Shown: positions 39,699 through 50,547, counted from the first letter of the stretch. The stretch: DNA of 61,656 bases from an uncultured Brachyspira sp. (GCA_964619175.1 CAZUEE010000002.1:1-61656), one strand, 5' to 3'. Made by a program: numbers and translations. Notes: a model not told the origin generated them from the sequence alone.

Positions 39699-40496
39699 AT
39701 GGGACAACTATCGTGGTTCATAATTTTAATATTATGCTTATATACGATTATAGGAGTATTAGACCAAATATCTATACAAATAGGCATATATACTCCGTTA
39801 TTTGCAGCTACTTTTACGGGATTCTTACTTGGGGATATAAAATCTGGCTTATTAATAGGAGCCACTTTACAGCTTGCAACATTAGGAGTCGCCACATACG
39901 GTGGAGCAACTGTGCCAGACTATTTATCTGGTGCGATAATAGGCACGGCTTATACGATTTTATCGGGTAAAGGGGCAGAATATGGAATAGCCATAGCGGT
40001 CCCTATAGGGCTTTTATTGACGCAATTGGATATACTTGGCAGAATGTCTAATGTTTATTTTCAACATAAGGCGGATAAATATGCCGAAAAAGGAGATTAT
40101 AAAGGCGTAGAAATGTGCAATATTCTTGGTATTCTTCCTTGGACTTTATCAAGACTAATCCCCGTTTCAATAGGTTTAATATTTGGTGATACGGTAATAT
40201 CTACCATAAATTCATTAATACCAAATTGGTTTATGAACGGGTTAAAAGCTTCCGGTTCGCTTCTTCCAGCAATGGGTATAGCTATCCTTATGAGATATTT
40301 GCCATTAAAGAATTACTTTCCTTATTTTATTATAGGGTTTGTTGCTATAGCGTTTAGCGGAGGAAATATGACCGTTTTAGCTGTCGCTCTATTAGGATTT
40401 GCTTTTGCTTCTTTACATTACTTCAAAATTAAAGAAAAAAGTAGCAATAAATACAATAGCGATATAATAGACGATGAAATAGAAATAGACGGTTAA
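39699..40496 (+). CDS. PTS mannose/fructose/sorbose family IIC
   Basis: GLLIGATLQL, GGATVPD, LPAMGIAIL. ATG 39699 follows GGAGG. Confidence 0.92.
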   Translation: MGQLSWFIILILCLYTIIGVLDQISIQIGIYTPLFAATFTGFLLGDIKSGLLIGATLQLATLGVATYGGATVPDYLSGAIIGTAYTILSGKGAEYGIAIAVPIGLLLTQLDILGRMSNVYFQHKADKYAEKGDYKGVEMCNILGILPWTLSRLIPVSIGLIFGDTVISTINSLIPNWFMNGLKASGSLLPAMGIAILMRYLPLKNYFPYFIIGFVAIAFSGGNMTVLAVALLGFAFASLHYFKIKEKSSNKYNSDIIDDEIEIDG

Positions 40497-40528
40497 ATAT
40501 ATTATAAAAAATTATTAAAGGAGTAAAA

Positions 40529-41353
40529 ATGGAACAAGATAATAAATTAAAAAAAAGCGATATTAATAAAGTTTATTTAAGAAACTTATTTGGTTTACAA
40601 TGGGGATGGAATTACGAAAAAATGCAGGGATTAGGTTATGCTTTTGTAATTATGCCTGCCCTAAAAAGAATATATAAAAATAATCCCGAAGGAATGAAAA
40701 AAGCTTTAAAAATGCAGCTTGGTTATTTCAATACTACTCCAGCTATGTCTCATTTAATTATAGGCGCAGATATGGCTTTGGAAGAGAATTTGGGAGCAAA
40801 ATCCGAAGAGGCTATATCTAGTTTAAAAACCGGTCTTATGGGTCCTTTTGCAGGAGTTGGAGATACATTATTCGTAGCGATATATAGAGCTATAGTTTTT
40901 TCAATAGCCTCGTATATAGCTATAAACGGAAATGCAATCGGATTAATAATACCCGTATTGGCATGTTTGGCTATACTTTTTATACGATATAAATTTACCT
41001 ATTTAGGTTATGAACAAAGTAAAAAACTAGCCGTAGGTTTTTCTAATTCAATTGCTCCTATAACCGAAGGAGCGGCTATTTTAGGGCTAACTGTAGTTGG
41101 AGGATTAATAGCCTCTGTTATAACATATAAACTAAATCTTACTTTTTCTTTAGGAGATGTTTCATTAGATATACAAGCTATGTTAGATAAAATAATGCCT
41201 TCGCTAATTCCCCTAATAGTTGTATTCTTTTCATACTGGTTATTAGGTAATAAAAAGTTTAATTCTACGCATCTCATTATAGTTATTATTGTATTAGGTA
41301 TGATATTGGGTAATGCCCAAAATATACTTAATTTAATTATTAATTTATTTTGA
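40529..41353 (+). CDS. PTS mannose family IID
   Basis: WNYEKMQGLGY, KTGLMGPFAGVGD. Confidence 0.94.
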   Translation: MEQDNKLKKSDINKVYLRNLFGLQWGWNYEKMQGLGYAFVIMPALKRIYKNNPEGMKKALKMQLGYFNTTPAMSHLIIGADMALEENLGAKSEEAISSLKTGLMGPFAGVGDTLFVAIYRAIVFSIASYIAINGNAIGLIIPVLACLAILFIRYKFTYLGYEQSKKLAVGFSNSIAPITEGAAILGLTVVGGLIASVITYKLNLTFSLGDVSLDIQAMLDKIMPSLIPLIVVFFSYWLLGNKKFNSTHLIIVIIVLGMILGNAQNILNLIINLF

Positions 41354-41376
41354 TATTTTTCGTGGAGGAATAAAAA

Positions 41377-41862
41377 ATGAGTATAGAAAATGCCAGAGTA
41401 GACGAAAGACTTATTCATGGACAAGTTGCAATGGTATGGACAAATACTATAGGAGCAACAAGAATAATAGTAGTAAATAATGAAGCGGTAAAAGATGAAA
41501 GTATTATAGCCGCTTTAAAAATTTCTAAGCCAGCGGGAGTAAAATTATCAATATTATCAAAAGAAAAAGCTGTTGAAAAATTTAAAAACAACATATATGA
41601 TGAAGATAAGATTTTTTTAATAACTAAAAATATACAAGATATGAACGATATAATTAAAGGAGGAATCCCCGTTAATATTGTTAATATTGGAAATGTAGCA
41701 AAAAAAGAAGGTTCTATACAAATAAAAAAGTCAGTAAGTCTTACAGAAAATGAAATAAATTTGATTAAAACTATGATAGCCGATGGTATAAAAGTGACAG
41801 CTCAAATGTTGCCTAACGAATCGGAACAATCTATAGAGATATATTTAAAAAATAATTTATAG
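41377..41862 (+). CDS. PTS mannose family IIB
   Basis: RVDERLIHGQV. Confidence 0.94.
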   Translation: MSIENARVDERLIHGQVAMVWTNTIGATRIIVVNNEAVKDESIIAALKISKPAGVKLSILSKEKAVEKFKNNIYDEDKIFLITKNIQDMNDIIKGGIPVNIVNIGNVAKKEGSIQIKKSVSLTENEINLIKTMIADGIKVTAQMLPNESEQSIEIYLKNNL

Positions 41863-41875
41863 GAAAGCATAAATA

Positions 41876-42727
41876 ATGAACGCTTATTTAATAATAAGAG
41901 ATAGATATGAAAATTTTAGTAAAGCATATAAAAAAATATCTGATTATATTTTATCAAACCCAGAAGATTTAATAAAATCAACGGCTTTAGATATTTCCAA
42001 AAGATGCGGAGTCTCTTCTGCATCTATAGTTAGATTTGCAAAATATATCGGATTTAATGGGTTGGATGATTTAAAAATATCTATAGCCAGTAAAAATTAT
42101 AATGACGACAAAAATTATATAAATCCTATAATATCGTCTAACGATAGCATTCAAGAATTATGCGATAAATTAATGGTTTTAATAAAATCTTCCAATGAGG
42201 ATTTTTTTTATCAACTTGATAAAAATTTATTAGAAAAATCTTTTGATATCATAAGAAAATCAAAGAGTATATATATTTTAGGTATAGGAGCATCGTCTTT
42301 ACCAGCTTATGATTTATTTCATAAACTTAAACGGGTAAATTTTAATGCATTTTTTTACGAAGACGCTCATTTGAATGCGGAAGCGTTTAATTATATAGGG
42401 GATAAAGATGTCGTTATAGCTTTTTCGTATAGCGGTAGAACCAAAGAAATCATATATCCCGTAAAAATAGCGATTTCAAAAAAAACTCCTGTAATTACAA
42501 TAACTCGAAAGAAAAAAAATCCTCTTTCAAGTATGGCAAATATACCGATAACCGTTCCTAATAATGAAGAACTTACAAGAATTGGAGCCATAACTTCCAA
42601 ATATTCATCTCTTATTATAAGCGACCTTTTATATCTTGGTTGTATACAAAAAGATTTTGATAATATTAAAAAAAATCTAATCGAAACGAGTATTTTGGCA
42701 AGAGAATTAAAAGAAAATGATTTATGA
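41876..42727 (+). CDS. MurR/RpiR-family transcriptional regulator
   Basis: HTH (VSSASIVRFAKYIGFNG) and SIS domain (GIGAS, SYSGRT). Confidence 0.92.
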   Translation: MNAYLIIRDRYENFSKAYKKISDYILSNPEDLIKSTALDISKRCGVSSASIVRFAKYIGFNGLDDLKISIASKNYNDDKNYINPIISSNDSIQELCDKLMVLIKSSNEDFFYQLDKNLLEKSFDIIRKSKSIYILGIGASSLPAYDLFHKLKRVNFNAFFYEDAHLNAEAFNYIGDKDVVIAFSYSGRTKEIIYPVKIAISKKTPVITITRKKKNPLSSMANIPITVPNNEELTRIGAITSKYSSLIISDLLYLGCIQKDFDNIKKNLIETSILARELKENDL

Positions 42728-42749
42728 TAAATTTACGGGGTTAATATAG

Positions 42750-43658
42750 ATGGAAAATTTGGATAATCTTATTACAGAATCTCAAAATGAAAATTCCAAA
42801 AATATAGATTCTTTAAGCACTATAGATATGGTAAATATAATTAATTCTGAAGACGCTAAAATTTCTGAAGCGGTTAGAAAAGAAAATAAGAATTTAACAA
42901 AAGCTATAGATGAAATCGCTAAAAGATATATAAACGGAGGAAGAATAATATATATGGGCGCGGGTTCTTCGGGAAGAATAGGAGTTTTGGATGCCGTAGA
43001 ACTTACGCCTACTTATAATGTATCATCTGACAGAGTATTTGGACTTATAGCAGGAGGCATGGAAGCTATGTATAGAGCTGTTGAAGGAGCGGAAGATTCG
43101 AAAGAACTCGGTAAAACCGACCTTATAAATTGTAAACTTTCAAATTTAGATTCCGTCATAGGGATAGCGGCTAGTGGAAGAACGCCTTATGTATTGGGCG
43201 GATTGGAATACGCCAGAAATATAGGGGCATTAACCGTATTCATAACTTCAAATAGAAATGAAAATATTGAAAAAGTTTCGGATATAGCCATAACTCCTAT
43301 AGTAGGTCCTGAAATAATATCGGGTTCTACAAGGATGAAATCCGCAACGGCCGCTAAAATGGTAGTTAATACAATATCGACTTGTGTCATGATAAAATCT
43401 GGCATGGTGTATGGTAATTATATGGTAAATGTATTGCCTACAAATAAAAAATTAGAAAATAGAGCTGTAAAAATGATATCTTCAATAACAGGATTAAATT
43501 TTGAAAATTCATATAATCTATTTAAAGAAGCTGGAAAATCTGTGGCAGTATCAATAATAATGAATGAAACTTCTCTAAATAAAGACAATGCCATAAAAAT
43601 ATTAAAAGAATCAAATAACAGTATCAGAGAAGCAATAAAAAAAGCTAAATGCTTATGA
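42750..43658 (+). CDS. murQ: N-acetylmuramic acid 6-phosphate etherase
   Basis: GAGSSGRIGVLDAVE, AVEGAED, AASGRTPYV, GPEIISGSTRMK. Confidence 0.95.
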   Translation: MENLDNLITESQNENSKNIDSLSTIDMVNIINSEDAKISEAVRKENKNLTKAIDEIAKRYINGGRIIYMGAGSSGRIGVLDAVELTPTYNVSSDRVFGLIAGGMEAMYRAVEGAEDSKELGKTDLINCKLSNLDSVIGIAASGRTPYVLGGLEYARNIGALTVFITSNRNENIEKVSDIAITPIVGPEIISGSTRMKSATAAKMVVNTISTCVMIKSGMVYGNYMVNVLPTNKKLENRAVKMISSITGLNFENSYNLFKEAGKSVAVSIIMNETSLNKDNAIKILKESNNSIREAIKKAKCL

Positions 43659-43677
43659 TTATAAAAAGAGGTTTTAT

Positions 43678-44649
43678 TTGAATAAATTTTTGGTTATATC
43701 TACGATTATAGAAAATGCCTTAAAAGAAAATATAATATATGGAATTTCGTATAGTTTTATAAAAAGTGATAATGTAGCAAGCTATTATAAAGGAGTATAT
43801 GGAAAAAATGAAAGTTTTAAATTAAAGAAAATTAACTCTAATTCTATATATGATTTAGCTTCTTTAACTAAAGTTATAGGAACAACGACTATGATATTAA
43901 AACTTCTTGATAGCAAAAAAATAAATCTTAACGATAAAGTCGTTTATTTTTGCAATGAATTTGGAAGTGATAAAACTACTATAATAGAGCTATTACTTCA
44001 TAATTCTGGACTTGTATCTGATTTAGACGATAAAACAAATATAACCATAGAAAAAATATTTCAACAGACTAAAATAAAAGTAGAAAATTATAATAAAACA
44101 GTTTATTCCGACATAGGATTTATAATACTTGGATTTATAATAGAAAACATAACAAAATTAAATTTAGAAAAAGCTTTTAAAAATTATATATTCAATTGCG
44201 TCAATATGAGCCATACTACATATAATGTAAAAGATAAATGTTATTGTGTTCCTACGGAAATAACGGATAAAAGAGGAATTATATGTTCTAAGCCTCATGA
44301 TTCCAAAGCATTTGCATTAGGAGAAATTGGAAGCGCGGGATTATTTTCTACTTTAAGCGATTTAAATATTTTTGCAAAATCTATAATCAATAATGATGGC
44401 AAAATAATATCCAAAGAATCATTATATAACTTAATTAATATTAATGTTGGAAATAGGACTTTAGGTTGGGATAAGAAATATGGAAAATACTCGTTATATC
44501 ATACGGGATTTACGGGAACTTCTATTTTAATTAATCTGAAATTACAAGAAGCTTTAATAATTTTAACTAACAGAATTCACCCAAATAGACATAATACAAA
44601 ATTTTTAGAATTAAGAGAAGAAATAAATAAAGTATTTATGGAGGATTAA
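43678..44649 (+). CDS. Beta-lactamase-fold serine hydrolase
   Basis: DLASLTK (SxxK), LLLHNSGL, YSDIGF, HTGFTGT; no signal peptide; TTG start after GAGG. Confidence 0.87.
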   Translation: MNKFLVISTIIENALKENIIYGISYSFIKSDNVASYYKGVYGKNESFKLKKINSNSIYDLASLTKVIGTTTMILKLLDSKKINLNDKVVYFCNEFGSDKTTIIELLLHNSGLVSDLDDKTNITIEKIFQQTKIKVENYNKTVYSDIGFIILGFIIENITKLNLEKAFKNYIFNCVNMSHTTYNVKDKCYCVPTEITDKRGIICSKPHDSKAFALGEIGSAGLFSTLSDLNIFAKSIINNDGKIISKESLYNLININVGNRTLGWDKKYGKYSLYHTGFTGTSILINLKLQEALIILTNRIHPNRHNTKFLELREEINKVFMED

Positions 44650-44650
44650 A

Positions 44651-45067
44651 ATGAAACCTAATTTAATAGTGATGAGTCATGGAAAATTTTGTTATGAAAT
44701 TATGGAATCTGCAAAAATGATACTAGGAGACATAGAAGGATACGAAACCGTTTCTATGTTGGATGAAGAAGGATTTGAAAGAACCTCAAAAAAACTGGAA
44801 AAATGCATAGACGAGTTAATAGAAAATAATATATTAATATTAGTAGATTTATACGGTGGCACGCCTTTTAATATAGCCAATATATTTTCACAGAAAAAAA
44901 GTAATATCCGTTTAATAGCGGGAATGAATCTCGCTATGATAATAGAATATTTTTCATCTGACATTGAAGATATAGATATTTTAGTTAATGAAATCATAAA
45001 AGCGGGTAAAGATAATATTTCTATACCAATTCTTGAAGAAGATAACGATATAGATTTGGACGAATAA
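44651..45067 (+). CDS. PTS mannose family IIA
   Basis: MSHG, LVDLYGGTPFN, AGMNLAM. Confidence 0.93.
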   Translation: MKPNLIVMSHGKFCYEIMESAKMILGDIEGYETVSMLDEEGFERTSKKLEKCIDELIENNILILVDLYGGTPFNIANIFSQKKSNIRLIAGMNLAMIIEYFSSDIEDIDILVNEIIKAGKDNISIPILEEDNDIDLDE

Positions 45068-45098
45068 AAAACAATTTCTTCTACCTAATTTATAAAAA

Positions 45099-45743
45099 TT
45101 ATTTATACCTATCTCCTGTGCTGTAATAATAAACCCACTTCGCTATATTTTCGGCATGGTCTCCCATCTTTTCAAAATACTTAGCTATCATCATTAAATA
45201 TATCGCTTGGTCCGAATCGTCTACTCCGCTTTTTATCAAATCTACCATAGAATCTCTAACTTTATAAAATAATTTGTCAACTTTATCGTCAGCTTCTATA
45301 ACTTTTTTGGATAATTCGAAATCCTTTTTGGAAAACGCCGATAAAGAATTTTCAACCATATCTTCTATTATATTTGACATATCCATTATGGCATCCATTT
45401 TATCCTTATAAATATTTCCTTCGAGCAAAAATTTTAAAAGTTCGCAAATGTCTTTTGATTGGTCTCCTATTCTCTCCAAATCGGTGGCTATTTTTAATGT
45501 CGCAGACACTATTCTCAAATCGCTTGCCACGGGATGTTCGAGTAAAAGAATTTTCAAACATGCGCTCTCTATTTTATACGATATTCTATTTATATTTCTA
45601 TCGTTGTCTATAACTTTATTTGCAAGTTCCATATCGCCATTTAATAACGAATCTCTAGCATTTTTCAAGGCTTCTAAAATCATATCTCCCGCTTCTATGA
45701 CATATTCTCTTAACCTATTTAATTCTTCTTCAAATCTTATCAT
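45099..45743 (-). CDS. phoU: Phosphate signalling protein PhoU
   Basis: PVASDLR, DLERIGD, EKMGDHAENIA. Confidence 0.95.
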   Translation of the reverse strand: MIRFEEELNRLREYVIEAGDMILEALKNARDSLLNGDMELANKVIDNDRNINRISYKIESACLKILLLEHPVASDLRIVSATLKIATDLERIGDQSKDICELLKFLLEGNIYKDKMDAIMDMSNIIEDMVENSLSAFSKKDFELSKKVIEADDKVDKLFYKVRDSMVDLIKSGVDDSDQAIYLMMIAKYFEKMGDHAENIAKWVYYYSTGDRYK

Positions 45744-45826
45744 TTATTTTCTCCTTTTCTTACAATCTATTACAATATTTATAATCTATTATAATCGTTT
45801 TATAAAAATTATTAATCGAAAAATTA

Positions 45827-46660
45827 TTAACCGAATCTTCCCGTAATATATTTTTCGGTTCTGCTATCTTTAGGTTTATAAAATATTTCTTCCGTATCGT
45901 CATATTCCACAATTTCCCCAAATAAGAAGAACGCCGTTTTATCCGCCACTCTCATAGCCTGTTGCATATTATGAGTTACTATCACTATAGTATAATCGTT
46001 TTTTAATTCGTTTATCAAATCTTCTATTTTTCCCGTGCTTATAGGGTCTAATGCGCTTGTAGGCTCGTCCATAAGAAGTATTTTCGGATTAACCGACAAA
46101 GCTCTTGCAATGCATAATCTCTGCTGTTGTCCGCCCGACAAACCCAAAGCGTTTTTATTCAATCTATCTTTTATTTCGTCCCATAAAGCCGCTTTGATTA
46201 AACTATATTCCACTATATCGTTGAGTTCGGATTTCTTTTTTATTCCAAAAGTTCTCGGACCATAAGCTATATTGTCGTAAACATTCATCGCAAATAAATT
46301 TGATTTCTGAAAAACCATTCCCACATTTTTTCTTAAATACGACACATTGATATTATTATCGTATATGTCGCATCCTCCTATTTCTACGATTCCTTCTATT
46401 TTGCAATTTTGAATTAAATCGTTCATTCTATTGAAAGTTTTTAACAGAGTCGATTTGCCGCATCCCGAAGGACCTATAAACGCCGTTACGCTATTTTTAT
46501 TTATATCTATATTTATTTTTTTTAAAGCCTGAAAACTTTCGTAATATAAATTTAAATCTCGAGTTTTAATCGCTATATCCAAATTAAAATCGAAATTTAA
46601 TTTTTTATTTAATTTTCCCTCTAATTTTTTTCTAGGTAATTTTTTTAATTCTTCAATCAT
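45827..46660 (-). CDS. pstB: Phosphate ABC ATPase
   Basis: [39 protein letters not shown] 46660 after GAGAGG preferred to TTG 46675. Confidence 0.95.
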   Translation of the reverse strand: MIEELKKLPRKKLEGKLNKKLNFDFNLDIAIKTRDLNLYYESFQALKKINIDINKNSVTAFIGPSGCGKSTLLKTFNRMNDLIQNCKIEGIVEIGGCDIYDNNINVSYLRKNVGMVFQKSNLFAMNVYDNIAYGPRTFGIKKKSELNDIVEYSLIKAALWDEIKDRLNKNALGLSGGQQQRLCIARALSVNPKILLMDEPTSALDPISTGKIEDLINELKNDYTIVIVTHNMQQAMRVADKTAFFLFGEIVEYDDTEEIFYKPKDSRTEKYITGRFG

Positions 46661-46671
46661 ATTTAAGCCTC

Positions 46672-48483
46672 TCAATAATCTTTTTTTAATTTTGTATTCA
46701 AAACAAAAAGCAAAATATTAAGAAATATTACAATCGTTAATAAAATGCTCGCTGTTGCAAATGTCTGATTAATATATAAACCTTCGCTTGAAAACATCCA
46801 CATCATAACGGCAAAAGAACTTCCCGCGCTAAAATAACCCGAAGGCATATATCTAACTGCCCCCGAAGTGTATATCAACGCAGCGCTTTCTCCAACTATT
46901 CTTCCTATACTCAAAATAATCGCCGTGATTATTCCCGAAAAACCGCATGGCAAAACTATTTTAAATATCGTTCTTACTTTGGAAGCGCCCAAAGCCAAAC
47001 TGCCCTCTCTTAAACTTGGCGGTATCGACATTAAAGTTTCTTCCGTTTGTCTTATTATCGAAGGAAGTATTATTAAAACCAAAGTCAAAGAACCTGCGAG
47101 TATATTTCTGCCTATGTCGAATAAATCCAAAAATATTAACATTCCGAAAAGCCCGAAAACTATAGAAGGAATGCCCGATAAACTGTCGGTAAATATTCTT
47201 ATAGCGTATATTAATTTTCCGTTACTTTTGGAATATTCCGTTAAATATATCGCCGAAAAAACTCCTATCGGAACGGCTATAATAAGAGCCATAAATAACA
47301 TCATAGCAGTCGATACTATGGCTGGAAATAATGTCATTTGGGAATTATCGCTTTCACCGAAAAGCAAATTAAAATTTATATAAGGAACTCCTCTTATCAA
47401 AATAAATAAAACTATAAATAAAAGAGAGGTAGTCGACACTATGGTTGCGACAATCGATATAAATTTTAATATATCCGATTTTATCGAGACATTTTTCATT
47501 TTTATATTTTTAAAAGAAAAATTATTTTTATTATCTTTTGTTTTTCTGTCAAAAATAAATCTTTCAAATAGATCTTTTAATAAATCTATTATAGAATAAA
47601 GAGAAAAATTAATATGATTTCCCTTTATCAAATATAAAACTATATTTAATAACAAAATAAACAAAAGTAAAATAAATGCCGTCGCTATTAAGGAACTTCT
47701 ATGAATACCCGTAGCGTATCCCATTTCCAAAGCTATATTTATAGTCATAGTTCTAAAATAAGAAAATAAATCTTTTGGAATAAAGGGAGCGTTTCCGGCA
47801 ATCATCATAACAGCCATAGTCTCTCCAATAGCTCTGCCCATACCCAAAACCATAGCGGAAAAAATCCCAGATTTTGCAGCTTTAACTATAACGCCGAAAA
47901 TAGCCTGCGAATGTGTGCTTCCAAGCGCCACGGCTCCGTCATAATAATATTTATAAACGGCTTCCAAATTGTATCTGCTTATGGATGTTATTGTTGGAAG
48001 TATCATTATTCCTAAAATAATGGAGCTTGCCAAAACGCCCTCGCCTACTCCGTTTGGAGATATGTTTTTTAAGAAAGGAACTAAAACTATCATGCCAAAA
48101 AAACCGTAAACGATAGACGGAATTCCCGCAAGCAAATCTATTATTTGAGACAAAACTATTTTCAATTTTTTAGGACAAAACATAGAAATATATATCGCCG
48201 TAAATAATCCGAATCCTCCACCTATTAAAGTGGAAAGAACGGTTACATAAAGAGAGCCTACAATCATAGGAAATATTCCGAATTTATTATTGGAAGGTTG
48301 CCAATCTATCCCGAATATAAATTTGAAAAATCCTATCTCTCTAAACAACGGAACGCTATAAATAAAAATGAATAGGCATATTGAAAATACGACTATAACT
48401 GCAAATATCGAACATACAAAAAATATATATTTCATTACATTGTCGATTATGGCGTTAAATAAATGTTTGGATTGTTTATTCAT
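46672..48483 (-). CDS. Fused phosphate ABC permease PstC-PstA
   Basis: Two permease units in one [23 protein letters not shown] (PstC) and [20 protein letters not shown] (PstA). Confidence 0.92.
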   Translation of the reverse strand: MNKQSKHLFNAIIDNVMKYIFFVCSIFAVIVVFSICLFIFIYSVPLFREIGFFKFIFGIDWQPSNNKFGIFPMIVGSLYVTVLSTLIGGGFGLFTAIYISMFCPKKLKIVLSQIIDLLAGIPSIVYGFFGMIVLVPFLKNISPNGVGEGVLASSIILGIMILPTITSISRYNLEAVYKYYYDGAVALGSTHSQAIFGVIVKAAKSGIFSAMVLGMGRAIGETMAVMMIAGNAPFIPKDLFSYFRTMTINIALEMGYATGIHRSSLIATAFILLLFILLLNIVLYLIKGNHINFSLYSIIDLLKDLFERFIFDRKTKDNKNNFSFKNIKMKNVSIKSDILKFISIVATIVSTTSLLFIVLFILIRGVPYINFNLLFGESDNSQMTLFPAIVSTAMMLFMALIIAVPIGVFSAIYLTEYSKSNGKLIYAIRIFTDSLSGIPSIVFGLFGMLIFLDLFDIGRNILAGSLTLVLIILPSIIRQTEETLMSIPPSLREGSLALGASKVRTIFKIVLPCGFSGIITAIILSIGRIVGESAALIYTSGAVRYMPSGYFSAGSSFAVMMWMFSSEGLYINQTFATASILLTIVIFLNILLFVLNTKLKKDY

Positions 48484-48552
48484 AATTTTTTATCTTTACT
48501 TTTTTACTTTTTGATTTTTACTTTACTTTTTACTTTAAGCTATAAATTAAAA

Positions 48553-48587
48553 AAGTCGGCATACAAAATTAATTGTAAAACCGACTT
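48553..48587 (-). terminator. Hairpin downstream of pstS
   Basis: aagtcgg...ccgactt arms with a T-run 3' on the minus strand. Confidence 0.55.
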
Positions 48588-48596
48588 AATCGTTTT

Positions 48597-49403
48597 CTAA
48601 TTTGCCACATACCCGCTTTCGTTAATAATCCGCTTTCCAACATCGCTATCTATAAAATTCAAAAACTCTTTCGTTCCTTCGCTTATCTCTCTGCCTTTTT
48701 TGGTAAAAATATAAAACGGACGATAAAGTTTATAATTGTCGCTTTTTATATTCTCGACTGAAGGCTCAAAATATCGGTTTTGAGATTTTGCTTTGTATAA
48801 AAGAGGTTTGATGGTTTCGTCAATCGAACCCAAAGAAATATAACCAAGTTTTGAAGCGTCACTACTTACCGCTGTTTTTACTTTTCCCGTGCTGTCCAAT
48901 ATTTCTACTGTGGCTGGAAGAGGGGTTTCTTTTCCAATTAAAGTTAAATCGGTAAAAGCGCTTCTCGTTCCCGAACCATCTTCTCTCGATATAGATTTTG
49001 AAATAGAACCTATAGCCGTATCGTTAATATAAAGATTGTATAATTCGTCTTCGCTTATTTGCGTTATACTCGAATCTTTATTCGCTATGATTACTATTCC
49101 GTCTTGACATAAAAGATAATCGTCCAATTCTGAAAGCTCGTTTTCTTTTAGATTTCTCGAAGCCATTCCTATATCGTTATTTCCGTTTATGGTGTCGCTT
49201 ATTCCGATAGTGGAATCGGAAGTTTCTACCGTCACTCTATAATTGGTTTTTTCATCTTCGAATTGTTCCGCCAATTTAAACATTAAAGGCGCTACTGAAG
49301 AAGAACCGGAAACGATTATACTTCTCGAACTTTGCGAACTGCCTTTGCAACTTACAAACAAGAAGCAATTTATTAGCAGTAAATAAACTGTTAATTTTCT
49401 CAT
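48597..49403 (-). CDS. pstS: Phosphate-binding lipoprotein
   Basis: Lipobox LFVSC; SGSSSV, DIGMASR, SREDGSGTR. Confidence 0.93.
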   Translation of the reverse strand: MRKLTVYLLLINCFLFVSCKGSSQSSRSIIVSGSSSVAPLMFKLAEQFEDEKTNYRVTVETSDSTIGISDTINGNNDIGMASRNLKENELSELDDYLLCQDGIVIIANKDSSITQISEDELYNLYINDTAIGSISKSISREDGSGTRSAFTDLTLIGKETPLPATVEILDSTGKVKTAVSSDASKLGYISLGSIDETIKPLLYKAKSQNRYFEPSVENIKSDNYKLYRPFYIFTKKGREISEGTKEFLNFIDSDVGKRIINESGYVAN

Positions 49404-49789
49404 TTTTATTCTCCTATAAAATAATTTTACGCAAACTTTATATATTAAATTAAAATTTAAATCAATGCCAATTTTAAAAAATTTTTAAACTAGTATTGAT
49501 AAAATCTAAAATATTATACAATTTTTCCCTATGATAACGATAAATAGATTTAACAAAAACATTTTAAAGATAAATTTTTAATATCATGCTTAATTTTAAA
49601 CTTTTATAAAAATTATGTTTATTTAATTTTTAAAATCTTAAATAATTTTGAAATAATAATTTGATATAATTTGTGCGAATTTTATCAAATTATATTATTT
49701 TAAGCTTTTATAGGAACTCCACAAAAATCCTCATAATATTTTGAATAAGAATTGCGGTTAAAATAATATAATTTTCAATCACACAATTA

Positions 49790-49824
49790 AACGGGCGAGG
49801 TTTTCACTTCGTCCGTTATTTTTT
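49790..49824 (+). terminator. GC-rich hairpin with T-tract
   Basis: aacgggcgagg-ttttca-cttcgtccgtt-atttttt; 11-bp stem including two G-U pairs on the + strand. Confidence 0.65.
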
Positions 49825-49883
49825 ATAAGATTTATGAATAATTTTAATATGACTTTAAACAAATTCAATATTTTAAGATTTTT

Positions 49884-50167
49884 CTATTTTTTTAAAAGTT
49901 CACTATGAGAACCCAAATCTATGCAAGTTAAAAGTAATATATCTTTTTTCTTTTGATAAATTAAAAGTAAATCAGGTTTTATATGACATTCTCTAAAATC
50001 TTTATAATTTCCAATTAAACTATGGTCGTTATATTTATCTTCCAATTTTTCGTCATTGGCAAGTTTAATAATCGTTTGTTTCAATAATTCCGACAAATCG
50101 CTTTTGTATTTAATTTTTTATAGGCTTTTTTGAATGCTTTTAAGTATTTAATTTTATATTTAGTCAT
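49884..50167 (-). pseudogene. YafQ/RelE-family toxin, frameshifted
   Basis: ATG 50167 gives MTKYKIKYLKAFKKAYKK then leaves frame; DHSLIGNYKDFRECHIKPDLLLIY...LGSHSEL lies in another frame. One extra A in the A6 run (50119-50114) restores 94 aa. Confidence 0.85.
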
Positions 50168-50373
50168 TTATTTAAATCTTCGAACATTTCTTCTACACTA
50201 TTATAACTTTTATATCTTTCGGGATGTTTTTCCATTTCTTCTACTTCTTTTATGGTTTTAAGTAATCTGTCGCTTGGTTCTTCTTCGCTTGTCATTTTCG
50301 CATCGGTGAGTTTAACGACATTTTTTATCGCTCTTTCCAAATCTTTATTCGCATTTTCGATTATTAATTTCAT
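50164..50373 (-). CDS. Putative antitoxin (DinJ/RelB-like C-terminus)
   Basis: 69 aa ending KSYNSVEEMFEDL; ATGA overlap with the toxin start; RBS AAGGAG. Confidence 0.8.
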   Translation of the reverse strand: MKLIIENANKDLERAIKNVVKLTDAKMTSEEEPSDRLLKTIKEVEEMEKHPERYKSYNSVEEMFEDLNK

Positions 50374-50547
50374 GTCGTCTCCTTAAATTCAGGACTTAAT
50401 CAAATAATAAATAATTTTAACATAACTTTAAACAAATTCAATATTGATTTTATAAAAATGAGTTTTTAGACAAAATAAAAATTTATTGAATAATAGTTTA
50501 AAATACTATATAATCAAATAATTATCATGTAATTTAAGGTCTAAATT

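Larger units (their letters stand above)
49837..50445. mobile_element. Toxin-antitoxin cassette bounded by 36-bp direct repeats
   Basis: 49837-49872 and 50410-50445 are 34/36 identical and enclose only the two TA genes. Mobility is inferred. Confidence 0.55.

Noticed and set aside
43678..44649. Antibiotic-resistance beta-lactamase call
   Set aside because: No signal peptide, and the murQ operon context points to cell-wall sugar catabolism.
48495..48536. Degenerate tttacttt repeats between pstS and pstCA
   Set aside because: Imperfect low-complexity AT sequence with no supportable function.
50108..50122. Programmed -1 ribosomal frameshift in the toxin
   Set aside because: No canonical in-phase X XXY YYZ heptamer or obvious stimulatory structure; a simple indel is more parsimonious.
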